Assembly (NCBI GenBank): GCA_051362555.1
Contig: CM120642.1
Location: forward strand, 16,182,001-16,246,000
Source of the DNA: Lingula anatina
Taxonomy: Eukaryota; Animalia; Brachiopoda
Direction: 5' to 3'
Length of the DNA stretch: 64,000 nucleotides
This document shows positions 37,301 through 50,361 of this stretch, piece after piece. Within the stretch, counting starts at the first letter, position 1; every line of letters begins with the position of its first letter. Below the pieces are notes generated by a model. That model was not told where the DNA came from. It was given only the letters and a program-made list of their open reading frames with translations, and did not search any database. The position numbers and the translations under genes were made by a program.

Positions 37301-40300
37301 ACCATCTGGTGGAAATGTTATTGATGGTGACTGATAAATGCCATGAAGTGAATTTTCATATGGATGAGCTTGGTTTGGATTCTCAAGTGTTTTGATTGAA
37401 AAGCTTACTATATATATATATATAAACCTGAATGTCAGGGCTTTTCCCTGGAATGGGGGTACAGGTTGTCCCAAATTGCCACCTGTGGTTTCCTACAAAT
37501 TTTCAGGGAGTCCAAGTATGCCTAAAGCCGTCATGTTTCCAAAAAAAATCCATAGGCCATCAAGCTGTTTTTGAAAATATATGTCATACAGTGCTGCTGG
37601 CAGCCATCCAAATGACATTAGATAGTCACCTGGGAAAACCCTTGCTGAATGTCAATTTTCTCAAAAATAACATCTGATTGCAGCATATGCTGTCACGTGA
37701 CGCTGCTGTTGTTGTCTGATCCATGTCTCTTTTTCTCTGGTTGGTCCTAAAATTGGCAATTGTGTCATCAATATCTTATATGGTGATTGCATTATCAGCC
37801 AATTTTATATTTTATTGAGCCTCAGATAGCAGGATGTTAGATCATAATTTTTGCTAATTATATAATAAATCACTACCATTTATTTCATCCTTCCTTTGTG
37901 TCCTTTTTTTCCATACATTTTTATTTCAGAAACTTTACTACTAGAATATAACTTCTGCCCATTTATATGTATATATCACCTGCTCTCTGATAGATCAATA
38001 ATAGCACTGTTATTTATGACCTTTTACTTTTTTCTCATTTTTCCAGATGATTCTGTGTGCAGTGATACTTTGTGTGTCATTTTGTCACTTTATTTGTAAG
38101 CAGGTTTTATAGTTAAAATACTTACACTTTGAACCTGAAACACAAAAAGAATGATTTGGTATTCAATATGATTTTTTTTTAAAGGAGATGACAGAATGAA
38201 AAATTCAGTTATGGAGAATAAGCTAAAGAAAGGTCAAAAGAGAACTCTCATCAATCATGATTACAAGATCCTTGAGGGTAGTTGAGTGAAAGTTATAAAT
38301 ATAAAACCTGCTACTCGGTGTGTCTTTCTTGAAAACTAATCACTTCATTTTCCAAAACAATCTTCAGACACAAAAATGGCCAACAGAGATGCCCTCAATC
38401 CCACAGTTTGGCATCAGTCTAATATATTTCAAGTAAAAATTTAAGAAAATACAGAACTCTGTTAGTCAGACAATAAGACTCAATTTTAGGTGTGCGTGTC
38501 AAAATGTCCTGACAAGAATTGGGTGTGGGTGGCTGCTGCTGCGCAGGATGCTAACCCCTTGCTCAGTACCGAGGAAAGGAGAAAGTTAAAAGAGGACATG
38601 TATTGTACTTATAATATAACCACGCAAGTTAGAGATGAAAAGGTAAATTGAGGAGGGATGGGGAGGGGGCTGGGAAGGGAGAGCAATGGCAGTAAATGGA
38701 GCAAACTGGAATATGGACTTTTAATTAAAATTATCAAACATGGATAGTGATGGGATGTAGTAATGGCCTATCTGTCTAAGGGAGCATTCACATCGAGAAG
38801 AGCCAAGGTTTAGTAAGGCCGTGACCTAAGTATGTTGGACCAACATGAAAGGAAGACCGCTTATCTTTTGATGGTCTCTCCGCTTCTGACACCCCCCCCC
38901 CCACGCGTTGTTCCTCGAATGGTTGAATTGAGCTGAGATTTAATTACTTCCTTTCATGTAGGTCTGCATATCTAGGTCACGGCCTTACTAAACCTGGAGA
39001 AACTGAAGCTGTAGTTGATTTGATTTCTTATATTGTTGCTTATTGGCTTGCTAGTAGGAAAAAGGTATTTCTGTGTGCTTGCATGAAAACTGTAAGTTGT
39101 ACTTAGTGTTTGTTTTTGCATAATTTTATTTCATTTGATCCTTTTTATTTTCAAAACTTTTTGTTAATTCTGCACAGCAAATTGTTGTGTTACTAATTTT
39201 GAAAATAAACTTCATAGTAAAAACTAAAAAAACCAAATAGCTCTTTTATTTCAAATATTTTATTGTATCAATTTTAACATATAGTAAAAACTGAATAACT
39301 TTTAGATAACATATCGACTTGTTGATAAAAAAAATGTAATTTGTGAAGGAAAAACTTAGTTTTGGAGATAATGATGTGTATGTGTTGTTTTATTTTAATA
39401 AGTTTACTCAGGCAGCAGTTAGTTTTAATTTGGCATTGTCGTAAAAGAAAACTTGCTGCTTTTAAGTAAATTTTGAATTAAGATTTATTACACAAAGAAA
39501 AAAAATTGAAATATTTTCAATGAATTTTGTTTTATATAACATGCTAGCTTGCTTTAATTTTGTTCCACTAGTTGCATGCATATTTATTTTTCTCCATTCA
39601 GTCAATTAAAGAGCTAGTGGAAGGAGGCAACTGTGCTTCCTATTATGTCAAGAGCGATGCAGGTATGAGCTTGAATGTCTTAAGTTTTTATTGCAAGATT
39701 TTTATGAAATATGTCAGTATCTTTTCATTTTGTTATCACTTTTATAATGTCTTTAAAAAATGTGTTATTCAAGGTTTTTTTTTTTTTTTTTTTGATGATT
39801 TGCAAGTTACATTAGACATTGTGTTTTGTTTTTTTTTTCAAAGTGTTTTCAGTTAACTTATAACATTGCACAATATTGATGTATGTCACCACTGTTTTAT
39901 CATTTTTTAGACAATTCTACGCTTGTAACAAAGATGCACCTTTTCTTGCATTCACATTGCACTGATTGAGACACAACATCAATTTTTGTTCCAGTTGTTG
40001 GCAGGTGCGTTCCCTCGGCTATTTCTACTCTCATAAACTCTGCCTCTGGTCTCTTGTCTGATGCTGGCAACACCACCCTGGTGGCAGCCGATAACACTAC
40101 TGTCACAGGTGATGCACTTAGTGCAGCCTCCAAGTAAGTTCTCAGTTCGTCTCTTATTGTGCAAAGATTGTAGACACAAGCGTAAGCTCTTTGCCTTGTA
40201 AGCATGTTATGTATTTGTAAATGTGCACAGTTTTGTAATTATGAGGTGAAAGTTGAATTATATCACTGTTGCTAATTTGTTGCCTGTCTTGTAAATATTA

Positions 40301-43300
40301 TGGACACTTCTTGAGCAGAAGAACAATTTCCAAATCATGAAGAAACTAGCTTTAATATGGTTCTAAATTCATAGTTTTGTAATTATAATTAACTCATATG
40401 TTGTATTTTCATTCAACAGAGTACTGGCTTACATCCTGAATGCTAAAGAGTATGGTGAGAAGATCTTGGCTGATGTCAGAGCCTCCTGGTGGATGATTTT
40501 GGTGTAAGTTTTCATAGCTAACATAATAAGTTCTGAACTTTAACACATTTTATCCCATTACATCTTTTAGGGATTTTGTGTCAGTTTACAAAATGTTACA
40601 ACTTGTTATGATGCATGCAATATTTAAGACTCGGAATTTATCACATATACTTTTTTCTGTGTGCAAATGTGAAAATCTGTATATATGTTTCGTTACCCAA
40701 TATCAAATGACATCTTGTTAAAATGGATGAAATTTTTATCCCCTTTTGTGTCACTGCACAGTGGTCTACTTAAACAGATGTAAAGGGTACCAAACAATAC
40801 ATGTGTCTGTAATTTTATTTTGTTTTCAGTGGCCTTGGCATTTCATGTGTAATTGCCTTCATTTGGATTATCATCATGAGATGGATAGCTGGAGTCATTG
40901 TCTGGTTCACCATATTTGCCTTCATTGCTCTATTCTCCTTCTGTGAGTATAATGAAATTTGAACATTTGAATTGCTTCCCATTGATTAGGAAAGAATGCC
41001 TAGTGAAGTTCTGGTTAATTCTTATTTTACAACTAAGCCATTCAGTGGATTTTTAGGTAATTTTTTTGTGTATCATTTTTGAAATATTTTTTTATATTGA
41101 AAAAAGGAAAGAACAAATTTCTTGCGGATGTGGCATTATCTTATGTAATAATTTGAATAGATTAGAATATAGATACTAAACAGTTGCTGCTTTCCATATT
41201 GAATAATGTTTATTCTTTTAAAAAAATGAGAAAAACTTCTGATCACCAGCTAGTATTAAATCAAAATCTGGAATTTTTCTCCACCAGCCACATACTACAC
41301 ACTCAGCAGGTACTTTGAGATGAAGAACAACTCGTCTGCCAGTCTAAACAGTGTCACGGACATAGAGTTCACCACAAATTTGGACTACTACTGGAACCTC
41401 AGCACCACCTGGCTGGTCTTTGGTGAGTGGGGTTTGTGTAGTAGCTGCTAGTGTATTCTCAGTTGTTTGTTTATTGCTGCTGACTCATGTTGCTGTATTT
41501 GTATATGTGGATGGTTTATGTGATTTATGTCATTACATACTTGAATATGTGTGGTTGGGGGTGGAAAGTCTATGGGTTTGATTCCTTTAAGTGTATTTCA
41601 ATTTAATTTAGATTAGGAATTTAATATAAATTTAATTTTATTTTAACTCTGGCATTAAAATTTCAACTTAGTCTCTGAGGTGGAATTTGCAATATTCATT
41701 GGATTTAAAATATAATTAAATTATACATGTATAATAAAGAAAGCATAATTGATGTCTGTTGGTCATAAAATTCCAGATAAAATGCTGCAGTCTATTAAAC
41801 CTTTACTTCTTTTCTATAACCTAATCCAAACAAAATAATTAAATTGCTTCTCGTGCCATTAATGAAATTTGATATTCTTCTCATCCTCTGCAGGCATTAT
41901 CTCTGCCACCATCCTTGGCCTGTCCATCCTCATCCTCCTCTTCCTCAGGAACAGAATCCGCATCGCCATTGCTCTCATCAAGGAAGCCAGCAGGTAAAAA
42001 TTAAAGCCAGAGCAAGGTTTTATTTAGAATCTATCACTTATGATGTTCAACAAATTTGGTTGAATTTGGCCAGCAAAAATTAAACTCTCAAACTCTCAAA
42101 CATACCTGGGAAATTTAAATGCTGCTATTATGAGGCCTTATACCTCATACTTAGAGCTGTTGAATTTACAATCTTTTCAAAGATCCACCAAGAAATATAG
42201 TTTTCCTCAAAAATCGACATTGAATTTTATGTTTGTAATGAAATTTATATATGTACCTAAGTGAGCTGTGCAGAAAGTAGTAGGGGCCATGGCACAGTGT
42301 CAGTTGTAAGCTTAATATTATAGCAACACAAACCATAGGAGAGGGATACTTTCACTCCCTTAGAGTAAGCCCCAATTTGTTAAGCTATGGTGAGCTTGAT
42401 CTATAAGAAAAACTACTGAGCTGGGTCTTAATGAGTGATATCAACCTATCTTGGTTTGAAAGGAGGCATGAGCATCATAAGAAAACATTTTTCTCTACAT
42501 CGCTTCATTTTTACATTTTATCCAGAGCTGTGGGCAACATGATGTTCACCCTACTGTGGCCCATCATCCCATTCTTCCTCCAAGTGGTCCTGTTTGGATT
42601 CTGGGGTGCAACTGCCCTCTACCTGGCCTCGTCAGACAAGAAGAAGTATGCTAGCTCCTCTGGGAACCTGACCAGTAATGTGACGGCAGCAGATAGTTCC
42701 AATCTTGTCACAACGTTTGCAGCATCATGTGCTGTGAGTATCAAGAAGTCTAACAAAATTATCAGCAATATATATTGCCTTATTTAGCCTGAGTTTCAAG
42801 GTGTGCTACAGACACGCCCCTTTATCTGTGCTATAACTTGGTTTCATATACAAACCGATTGTATAAAAGTGTGATGTATACTTATATGTAAAGATAATGG
42901 TAATAATGTGAAAATATCTTCAGCTGTATCAGTTACTGAGTTACTATAAGAATTTCTTCTAACATTTTAGCAGCTAAGATTAGATAGAAAATATTGGAGA
43001 CCAATACATTTGAATTTTCTGCCTGTAATTGAAGAAACTATCATTGCTACAAAAGTATTAAAATGGCTTATTGAAAGTCTATGTTATATTTGTAATACAT
43101 TAACCATGATTTCTTTTCAGGCGGATTATACCAACAGTACCCTGGGCCAGTTCTGTGGATTTGTGGGCTATGATGTCCAGGAGTAAGTCTGACAGTTCCC
43201 TAATAAGCATGTATCACCATAACTTAGGCTGCATGCAGTACAACAGACTTACTAGTCTGTGGGCCAAATATGGCGGCCGACTGAAAATCTTGCCACCTAA

Positions 43301-46282
43301 TCCGCTAATAAGCACTGAAAAGATTCTTCATGGGGAAGAATGCTTCAAAACTGAATTAGTAGTTCGAAATCTTGTGAGAAATGCTATGCTTACATATCAT
43401 TAATTTGGCATTTCAGGCATTCACCACACTTGAATATAGATATATATTATATATTAAACTGCCCATGTATGAAATAATTTCAAAATTTGGTGAAGCCAAA
43501 GATCTTTAAACTTATATATTTCAGCTGTAAGTCTTCATAAAGGAATTCAAATGTTTTTATCACTTTGCATATGTATTTTAATACATTAAAATGGTAACTA
43601 TGGATACAAAGGAGTTTTATTTATTCCTGTATCCATTGTTTTTTTATTATTATTATTCCAGGTACACCATATACTTACAATTCTACATGTTATTCATGCT
43701 GTTCTGGGTGATGAACTTCATCATTGCTCTTGGACAGCTGACCCTGGCAGGGGCCTTTGCCTCCTACTACTGGGCCTTCTCCAAGCCCCAGGATATCCCT
43801 GCCTTTCCTGTCACGGCTTCTTTATGGAGATCTTTAAGGTAAAAATAGCTCAATATTTTTGGCTGGGCCAGGGTTTTCTGAAAGTGGTGGGGTTGACATT
43901 GATTTTTTTTTTCAAAGTTCAAATAAAAATAAAGTGAATGGAGTGTATGGAGATATTGTTTGGGTTCTATCCTAAATTTGCTTGTAACAGTATGTTTTTT
44001 CTTAAAATATTGGATAATATTTTTCTCTGTGTTATGTTTTTCTTCCTCCTTTGAATCTCTCAATGAAGAAACTGTTTTGAAAGCTTCAGAATTGTGTGTG
44101 AGGATTCAAAAAGAATTTTGCACATGTGCAAGCTTATTGTTGTTTATTCTCTTATTACTTTGATGACAAATCCAAAGTAAATATCAAATTCTTTTGTATT
44201 TTCAGATATCACTTGGGTTCAATAGCCTTTGGTTCTCTGATCATTGCCATCATTCAGATTATACGGGTGATACTAGAGTACGTAGATAACAAGCTAAAAG
44301 GCTCTGAGAACCAAGTGGCCAAATTCTTCCTCAAGTAAGTCATTTGTAACTTAATGTTTAATCAGAATCTTACTTACATGTTTAATTATATAAGTCAATA
44401 ATAATCAAACTGACTTTTCTGGAAGCCAGGTTTGCTACGATGGGGTCTGACATCTTTTCATTAGAAAGCTTTCCTTTGTGATCTGTTTTATTTTGTGATT
44501 TCATTTTGACTGTTTCCTGCTTGAATGATTCCATTTCAATTTACAGCTTTGAACTTTTTACCTTTGTACTGTTGTCAGTCTGGCAGCTGACTGCAGATTA
44601 TGTAAAATATAGTAATTTAAAAATCAATGAATAAATTTGTCATGAAGTTAATAAAGATATCTTGGTTCTACATTTCTTTCCTGCATTAAGGTATGCATGG
44701 TGTTCCTTAATTCTAATTGTCAGTACTAACAATTGAAATAACTTGAAGCCTGTACTTCAATGTATTAAACTTGATCATCATTAATACAGTCATATATTAA
44801 TTTTACAGGTGCCTGAAATGCTGTTTCTGGTGCTTGGAGAAGTTTATGAAGTTCCTCAACAAAAATGCTTACATTCTGGTAAGTTTCTATAGAATATCAC
44901 AGTATTAAGGTTCACTTCCCTAAGATTTAAAGTGAGAAGTAGAAGGCAATTTTGCATATGAAAAACTACATGATCTATGTTATCAAATATAAAAAAAACA
45001 ATAATTAAAAAGTAATGATGTAAAACATACTTTGATTATTATTAAAAAACACAAAAAAATCTTAAAAAAAAGATAACTTCTGAATCAGCAGGTAAGGAGA
45101 AAAGTTTTGCTTTCTAAAAAAGTAGTTATCAGAAATTTAGTCTTCATTAAGCTAGATCAGAAATTATTCTTAATTTCACTTTCATAATTTTCATTGGCAT
45201 ACTTCTTTTTTAACCTTACATATTGACTTTCAGATTGCAGTTTATGGAAAGAATTTCTGCACATCTGCGAAAAATGCTTTCTTCCTTATAATGAGGAACA
45301 TAGTGCGGTAGGGGAATGGATTTTTTAGATTGGATAATATCTACATAAAGGAATCTGTTAATAACTTTTTGAGACATGTATAGTCTTATGCTTATTTTTG
45401 TAAGTATGTGTCTTATGCTTATTTTTGTAAGTATGTGATAGCCTCTAAATTTTTACCTTTTCAGAAAGATCTAAAAAGTATGAAAAGGTGCTGAAATTCA
45501 GAAAAAATTCTAAAAAGTATTGCTTTTTATCTTTTGCTTCAGGGTTGTTGTCATAGACAAAGTCGCCGATTTCTTGCTGCTTATTGCAAAGTTGGTGGTC
45601 GTTGCAGCAACAAGTAAGTAACCAAGATATATTGTATTATCTTTTTAACAATTGCTGAAGATGATTTTTTTATCCTGAAAGTAAATTAATTAAAAATTGT
45701 GATCTGTTTGAAATAAAGGTTTTGGTTTAAAGTGCATTTAGTATAATTAACTGTATGATACTCCAGGTTAAAGTAATAATACAGTAATCAGCTGCAAATG
45801 ATGCAGTGGATTTTGATTTTCTCAGGTTGTAAAGAATGTAAGAAATGACAGAGTTTATTGGACTTATAAATGTATAATGAATTCAAAATTATGGGCTGCA
45901 GTGAAATATTCATCGTAGCTGTCAATTTCAGATGCAAGACAAGATGCCACATGCTTTTAATTATTGCTATCATGCAACATGGGCCCTGCAGAATGGCAGT
46001 TTAGGATTTTACTTATATATTTATAATTTATATTATTACAACAAGCATATTTTATTTAAATGCTTTCTGAATGCTTCATTGTGCATTTCTATATTGTATA
46101 TATAAATCAAATACAGAATTCAAAGTGAATTGAAGAAAAAAAATAAAATTATTTCTCTTCCAGATGTAGTTGAAAGATGAAAATCTGTGAATTAGTTGTA
46201 TTGTTTAAAATAATATCTTGCCATTTCCCCTTTCAGATATTTGCTGTATTATAAACTGAAAAGCAACATATTTATCCCCCCC

Positions 46283-46319
<37 letters not shown>

Positions 46320-49300
46320 AGAGAGAGAGGGAAATAAAAAAATTAATTTTATTGACTAATTTTCATTATCTTTTTTTGTCTTTTTGTCTGCCAGCCATTC
46401 TGGCATTCTTCTTCTTCAGTGGACAGGTCCCTATCCAAGTCATCAACGGTTATGTTCCCTCACTACACTACTACTTGATCCCCGTGATGGTATGTACCAA
46501 GTATTGCTGACAGACACCTGACCTCACGCCGTCATTACAAATGCATACTAATCCTCACCTCGTTGGCCTGTTCTGATTGAGCTTTTTGTACAGGAATGAG
46601 AAGTATCCATTGATTGCATATTGAATAAATCTTGCCCAGTTTTAACTTTCAATTAAAATTGATTTATTTTGGAATTGACCCTGGGATATTGGAATAATCA
46701 GCAGATCCATGATCTTTCCTGTTTATTTTTTCGCATCAAAAGTCATATTTGGTTGGTCCCTGCATCCCTATACCCTGGCAAAATTTCTCAGTATTTATGT
46801 AACTTTTATTTGGTTTAAATGCCATTTTCATAAAATGGGCCGTTCCTCCTGCATTTCCTAAGCCATATTCTGAACAGTTTCTGTCACCATAATTCTCATC
46901 CCTGTAAATTTTATAGTGTGAGACAAGACTGGAAAGTGCATTATAATATAAGAACATATACTTGATGCTTGACTGTTCTTTATAAATGGTAATGATTCGA
47001 TCTTTTGAATGGGCAAAAATTATCAAACATTCATGTACATGATTGTATAAGTGCAAAATTATATTTCCATAAAGCATTTTGGCACTTTTACTGCATAGAA
47101 TAGAACTACAGAGTAACATGCTTTTTAATGTTGTTATTACCACTTGATAGGAATGTTCTAATTTTAAGAAATTATGCCTTAAATATACTGTATCTTTAAA
47201 ATTCACAATTCTCCCCCCATTGAAAGGATCGAGTTATTACCTTATATCTGATATATATGTGGCATGCTGCATGAAGCCAGTGTAATAAGTCATTGCCAGC
47301 AATGCATGTGGTACACAAAGATGAGGTGAATTGCATGAGTCCAGAAATGGAAAATATAAAAATCTTTTTTTTTTCTTTTTTTGCATCCACTAACATCAGC
47401 TTGTAAAGATATTTAATTTCTTTGCAAAATTTGTTTTGTACAGATTGAAAAAGTTATTAGATTTTAATTTTTTTTTTTTTTTTTTGGTAATATGTGAAGC
47501 TATGAAATTGGAATACGCATATTTTTAATATAAAGGGGTTATTCTGAGCACAATTAGAGTAAGTAATAAAGGAAATCAAAATAATGACATGTATTGAGGT
47601 TGCATGGATTGTAATTATTGATACTGCATAAATGCAGCATGCACATCATACTTAACTAACATCTTTCCATGATACTAACATTTATTTCAGCATATTTAGA
47701 ATCAGAAGAAAAAAAGAATTCTGAACAATTGAAACTTTCAGGTTTTACTATTACACTTTGTCTACAATGAAGATGGATCTTTATACTGTGTGGTTTTATT
47801 ATGCAGGGAAAGATTTACATGACATCAGTACTTGGCTTTCATTGTACCTTGTACAATTTGAATTTAATTCAAATTTCCATCCTTTTCTGTCCAAATTTTT
47901 TTCTTCATTGGCATAAATTTTCTGTGATTTCAGAATCACACAGATCATATTGCAGCTAAATTATCTTATCATTAAGACAGAACAAATTTTCTGTATATGT
48001 GGTATAATTAAGCCACTTAAAATTTCTTAAAGGCATTACACTGGAAGCTTGAGTATGCAACGAACATGTCTGTCTTTTCTGTTTGATGCTATGCTTTTAC
48101 AGGACAGTTCATACTGAGGTTAGAAGCTGCTTTTAGAACACTACACAATAAGATTGAAACTGTGCCAACTTTTATGTGCAGTTGTTATAGATAAATAGGC
48201 TCACTGAGTTTCAGAGTTCTATACAGCTTTTGCTTTGATAGATTTCTATTTTAGGTTTTTGCAGTTCTGTGAATATCTCTGTATCTGTTTCTTATATACA
48301 AATAAAAGAAAATGGTACTTTTTTTTACTTTGGACACTGTCGAACTCTTTTGGTGTCGCAAATCTTTTTGGTTCCACTTTGTGTAATAACAGGGCATATG
48401 TTGTCTGTGGAGGTGTAACACTGCAAGCATGTGAACTGTAGAAGTTCAGGGTTGCCCACAGTTTAGTTCTGTTAATTTGTTTTTCATAATTATTAGTTAT
48501 CAATATCGATTATGAACTATAGAATGACACTGCAAAACAATTGAAACTGATATCCCCCCACACCCTGTCTCATAAAAAAAGAACAAGAAAGAAAAAAGGA
48601 ATTAAAAAATCGAGAAAAGTTACAGTTAGAAAATGCATTCATGAATATTGTTGGCAGCCCAAGAACTGTACACTTTATGTGAACTATGTTGCATGAACAG
48701 TCACACCCTGCAAGAAAGAATAATCATCCTGTTACAGTATTATAGTTTCTTCAATCAACAGCCAAAATCAGAATTATTACCTGTAGCTGTTGTATGAATG
48801 AGCTGTCTAGTAAGTAGCAGTGGATGAAGTTCATAATTTACACCTGCTTTTACCATTAAACTGCATTGAGAATGATACATTGTATCAGTGTATATTGTAC
48901 GGAGAATGATACATTGTATCAGTGTACATTGTAGGGAGAATGATACATTGTATCAGTGTACATTGTATGGAGAATGATACATTGCACTAGTGGACAATGT
49001 ATTGACAATGATGATTCACATTTCCTTTCCTGTGTTACCAGCTGCCGGAGCTTACTTCTTCTTTGATGGGCGCATCTCTTTCCTCAGCAACTACACTCCC
49101 TCCCTGAACTATTACCTAGTCCCCGTCATCGTGAGTAATCGTGCATCATGTGATCACACACACATTATTGTAACAAAGAATGTCCCGATAGTGAAACTGA
49201 ATTGTCTTGTTTATTACTAACTTTTTGGTGTTTGTGTCTGGTCTTCATTTTTTAATTCACTTTTATTATTTCACAAAGATTGAGGTTTTGCTCTTAAAGT

Positions 49301-50361
49301 AGATTGTTTTGTGTTTTATTTTCATAGTTCTGTGTCCAAAATTTACTTCATACTAACATTTATCTGTAATATTTTGTTGCATTGTGGTATGTTGTCAAAT
49401 TATTGTCCATATTTTTGTCAAACTCATTTAATAATTTTTTATTTTTGTTGGTAAAATGTGTATGTCTACTGATTTTTGAAATCTAACAAATATTTGTTAC
49501 ATGTTTTAAGTTACTGTATTAGCATTTTTTTTTCAAAAAGTAGTTTTTGTGGCCTTTTTAACACAAAAATGTCAGAAACACTTGATTCATGTGAACAGAT
49601 CAGTTTCATAGTTCTCCATTCATAATCTTCACAAGATACCAAAGTCAATTCACAAAGTATGCCAACAAGCATTCATACATCAAAACAATGTCAATCCACA
49701 ACATTTGTTTATCAAAACCAATGTGCCAACAAAAACATACACAGCACACCAAAATGCACAATATGTCACACAATATGCCATTAAGAAGTTAATGTGTTCT
49801 CAGTATAATCAACAAATTAATGAAGATAATACAACACACATGACCAAAAAACAAACTGCAACAAATCATGAAACAAGAGCACCATAAAAATTTAACAAAT
49901 CAGTAGAAACAAGATTGGCGAAGAGTCTTCAAGAACCCAGTACAACACTGTAGGTGTTCTGTTTCAGATCATATCCCTGGGGTCCTATGTGATAGCAGCA
50001 GCTTTCTTCAGTGTATATGGCATGGGTGTGGACACTCTGTTCCTTTGTTTCTGTAAGTATATGTGCATCAACCTTGGGGATATGGTAAGCTTTAAAACTT
50101 CTGTTAATGATGAGCTTACTCTTGTTTTGTACATATATTATCATTAAAATGACTATTGATTGGCTGATTCATCAGGAAAGTTTCTCTTGCTGGAAAAATA
50201 AGCTGTTTGACAAAATGTTTTTCCTTCCAGTGGAGGACTGTGAACGCCATGATGGCTCAGCAGAAAAGCCTTACTACATGAACAAGGATCTCATGGGTAT
50301 TCTGGGGAAGAAAAACAAATTGGAAAGTACAGAGGGTGACAAGAAGGGAAAGAAGGGATAA
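22012..50361 (+). CDS. Choline transporter-like protein (SLC44A2/SLC44A4 family). Exons 22012-22081, 30188-30236, 30636-30709, 32683-32761, 33052-33136, [6a/6b/6c], 39602-39662, 39995-40133, 40420-40503, 40830-40942, 41288-41422, 41894-41993, 42526-42733, 43121-43182, 43662-43838, 44206-44334, 44809-44878, 45234-45307, 45543-45613, [20a/20b], 49968-50052, 50231-50361
   Basis: All exons are AG/GT bounded and phase-compatible. Family motifs include [123 protein letters not shown] and [20 protein letters not shown]. Confidence 0.95.
22680..22895. mobile_element. Harbinger/Tourist-like MITE
   Basis: TIR GAC..CATTCCC.AGA.TTTAGATCGATC with 3-bp TTT flanks. Confidence 0.8.
23384..23507. mobile_element. 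Small MITE (TIR TACCCTCTACCAGGG family)
   Basis: CTCTACCAGGG...CCCTGGTAGAG. Confidence 0.6.
24088..24124 (+). CDS. Candidate alternative first coding exon of the SLC44 gene ([13 protein letters not shown])
   Basis: AAAATGA start, then 12 codons plus G and a strong AG|GTAAGC donor. Phase 1 matches the exon at 30188. Confidence 0.55.
25070..25209. repeat. Tandem duplication of about 70 bp
   Basis: GATGATTATAGTAATTAAGAAG...GCTAAGAAAAA occurs twice. Confidence 0.9.
28924..29092. mobile_element. MITE with CAGG termini and 5-bp TSD (AGCAC)
   Basis: Perfect 15-bp TIR CAGGCCCGTAGCCAG. A related degenerate copy lies at about 21611-21768. Confidence 0.8.
33712..33925. mobile_element. Harbinger/Tourist-like MITE
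   Basis: Same family, TTA TSD. A degenerate copy also lies at about 17394-17580. Confidence 0.8.
34788..34925 (+). CDS. SLC44 alternative exon 6a ([46 protein letters not shown])
   Basis: TAG acceptor, GTAAG donor, 138 nt, phase 0/0, open frame. Confidence 0.9.
36601..36744 (+). CDS. SLC44 alternative exon 6b ([48 protein letters not shown])
   Basis: CAG acceptor, GTACG donor, 144 nt, phase 0/0, paralogous to 6a. Confidence 0.85.
37436..37647. mobile_element. MITE with CAG termini and 5-bp TSD (AATGT)
   Basis: CAGGGCTTTTCCC...GGGAAAACCCTTGCTG flanked by AATGT. Confidence 0.65.
38490..38642 (+). CDS. SLC44 alternative exon 6c ([51 protein letters not shown])
   Basis: TTTTAG acceptor, AAG|GTAAAT donor, 153 nt, phase 0/0, same Cys/Trp pattern as 6a and 6b. 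Confidence 0.85.
38803..38997. mobile_element. MITE or foldback with about 30-bp TIR
   Basis: AGGTTTAGTAAGGCCGTGACCTA ... TAGGTCACGGCCTTACTAAACCT. Confidence 0.7.
46395..46489 (+). CDS. SLC44 alternative exon 20a ([32 protein letters not shown])
   Basis: CAG acceptor, GTATG donor, 95 nt, phase 1/0. Confidence 0.9.
48868..48995. repeat. About four copies of a 33-34-bp minisatellite upstream of exon 20b
   Basis: Unit GAGAATGATACATTGTATCAGTGTA(C/T)ATTGTA. Confidence 0.9.
49042..49130 (+). CDS. SLC44 alternative exon 20b ([30 protein letters not shown])
   Basis: CAG acceptor, GTGAG donor, 89 nt, phase 1/0, paralogous to 20a. Confidence 0.9.

Noticed and set aside
46736-47206. 156-aa minus-strand ORF
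   Set aside because: AT-rich intronic sequence with a non-ATG start and no motifs.
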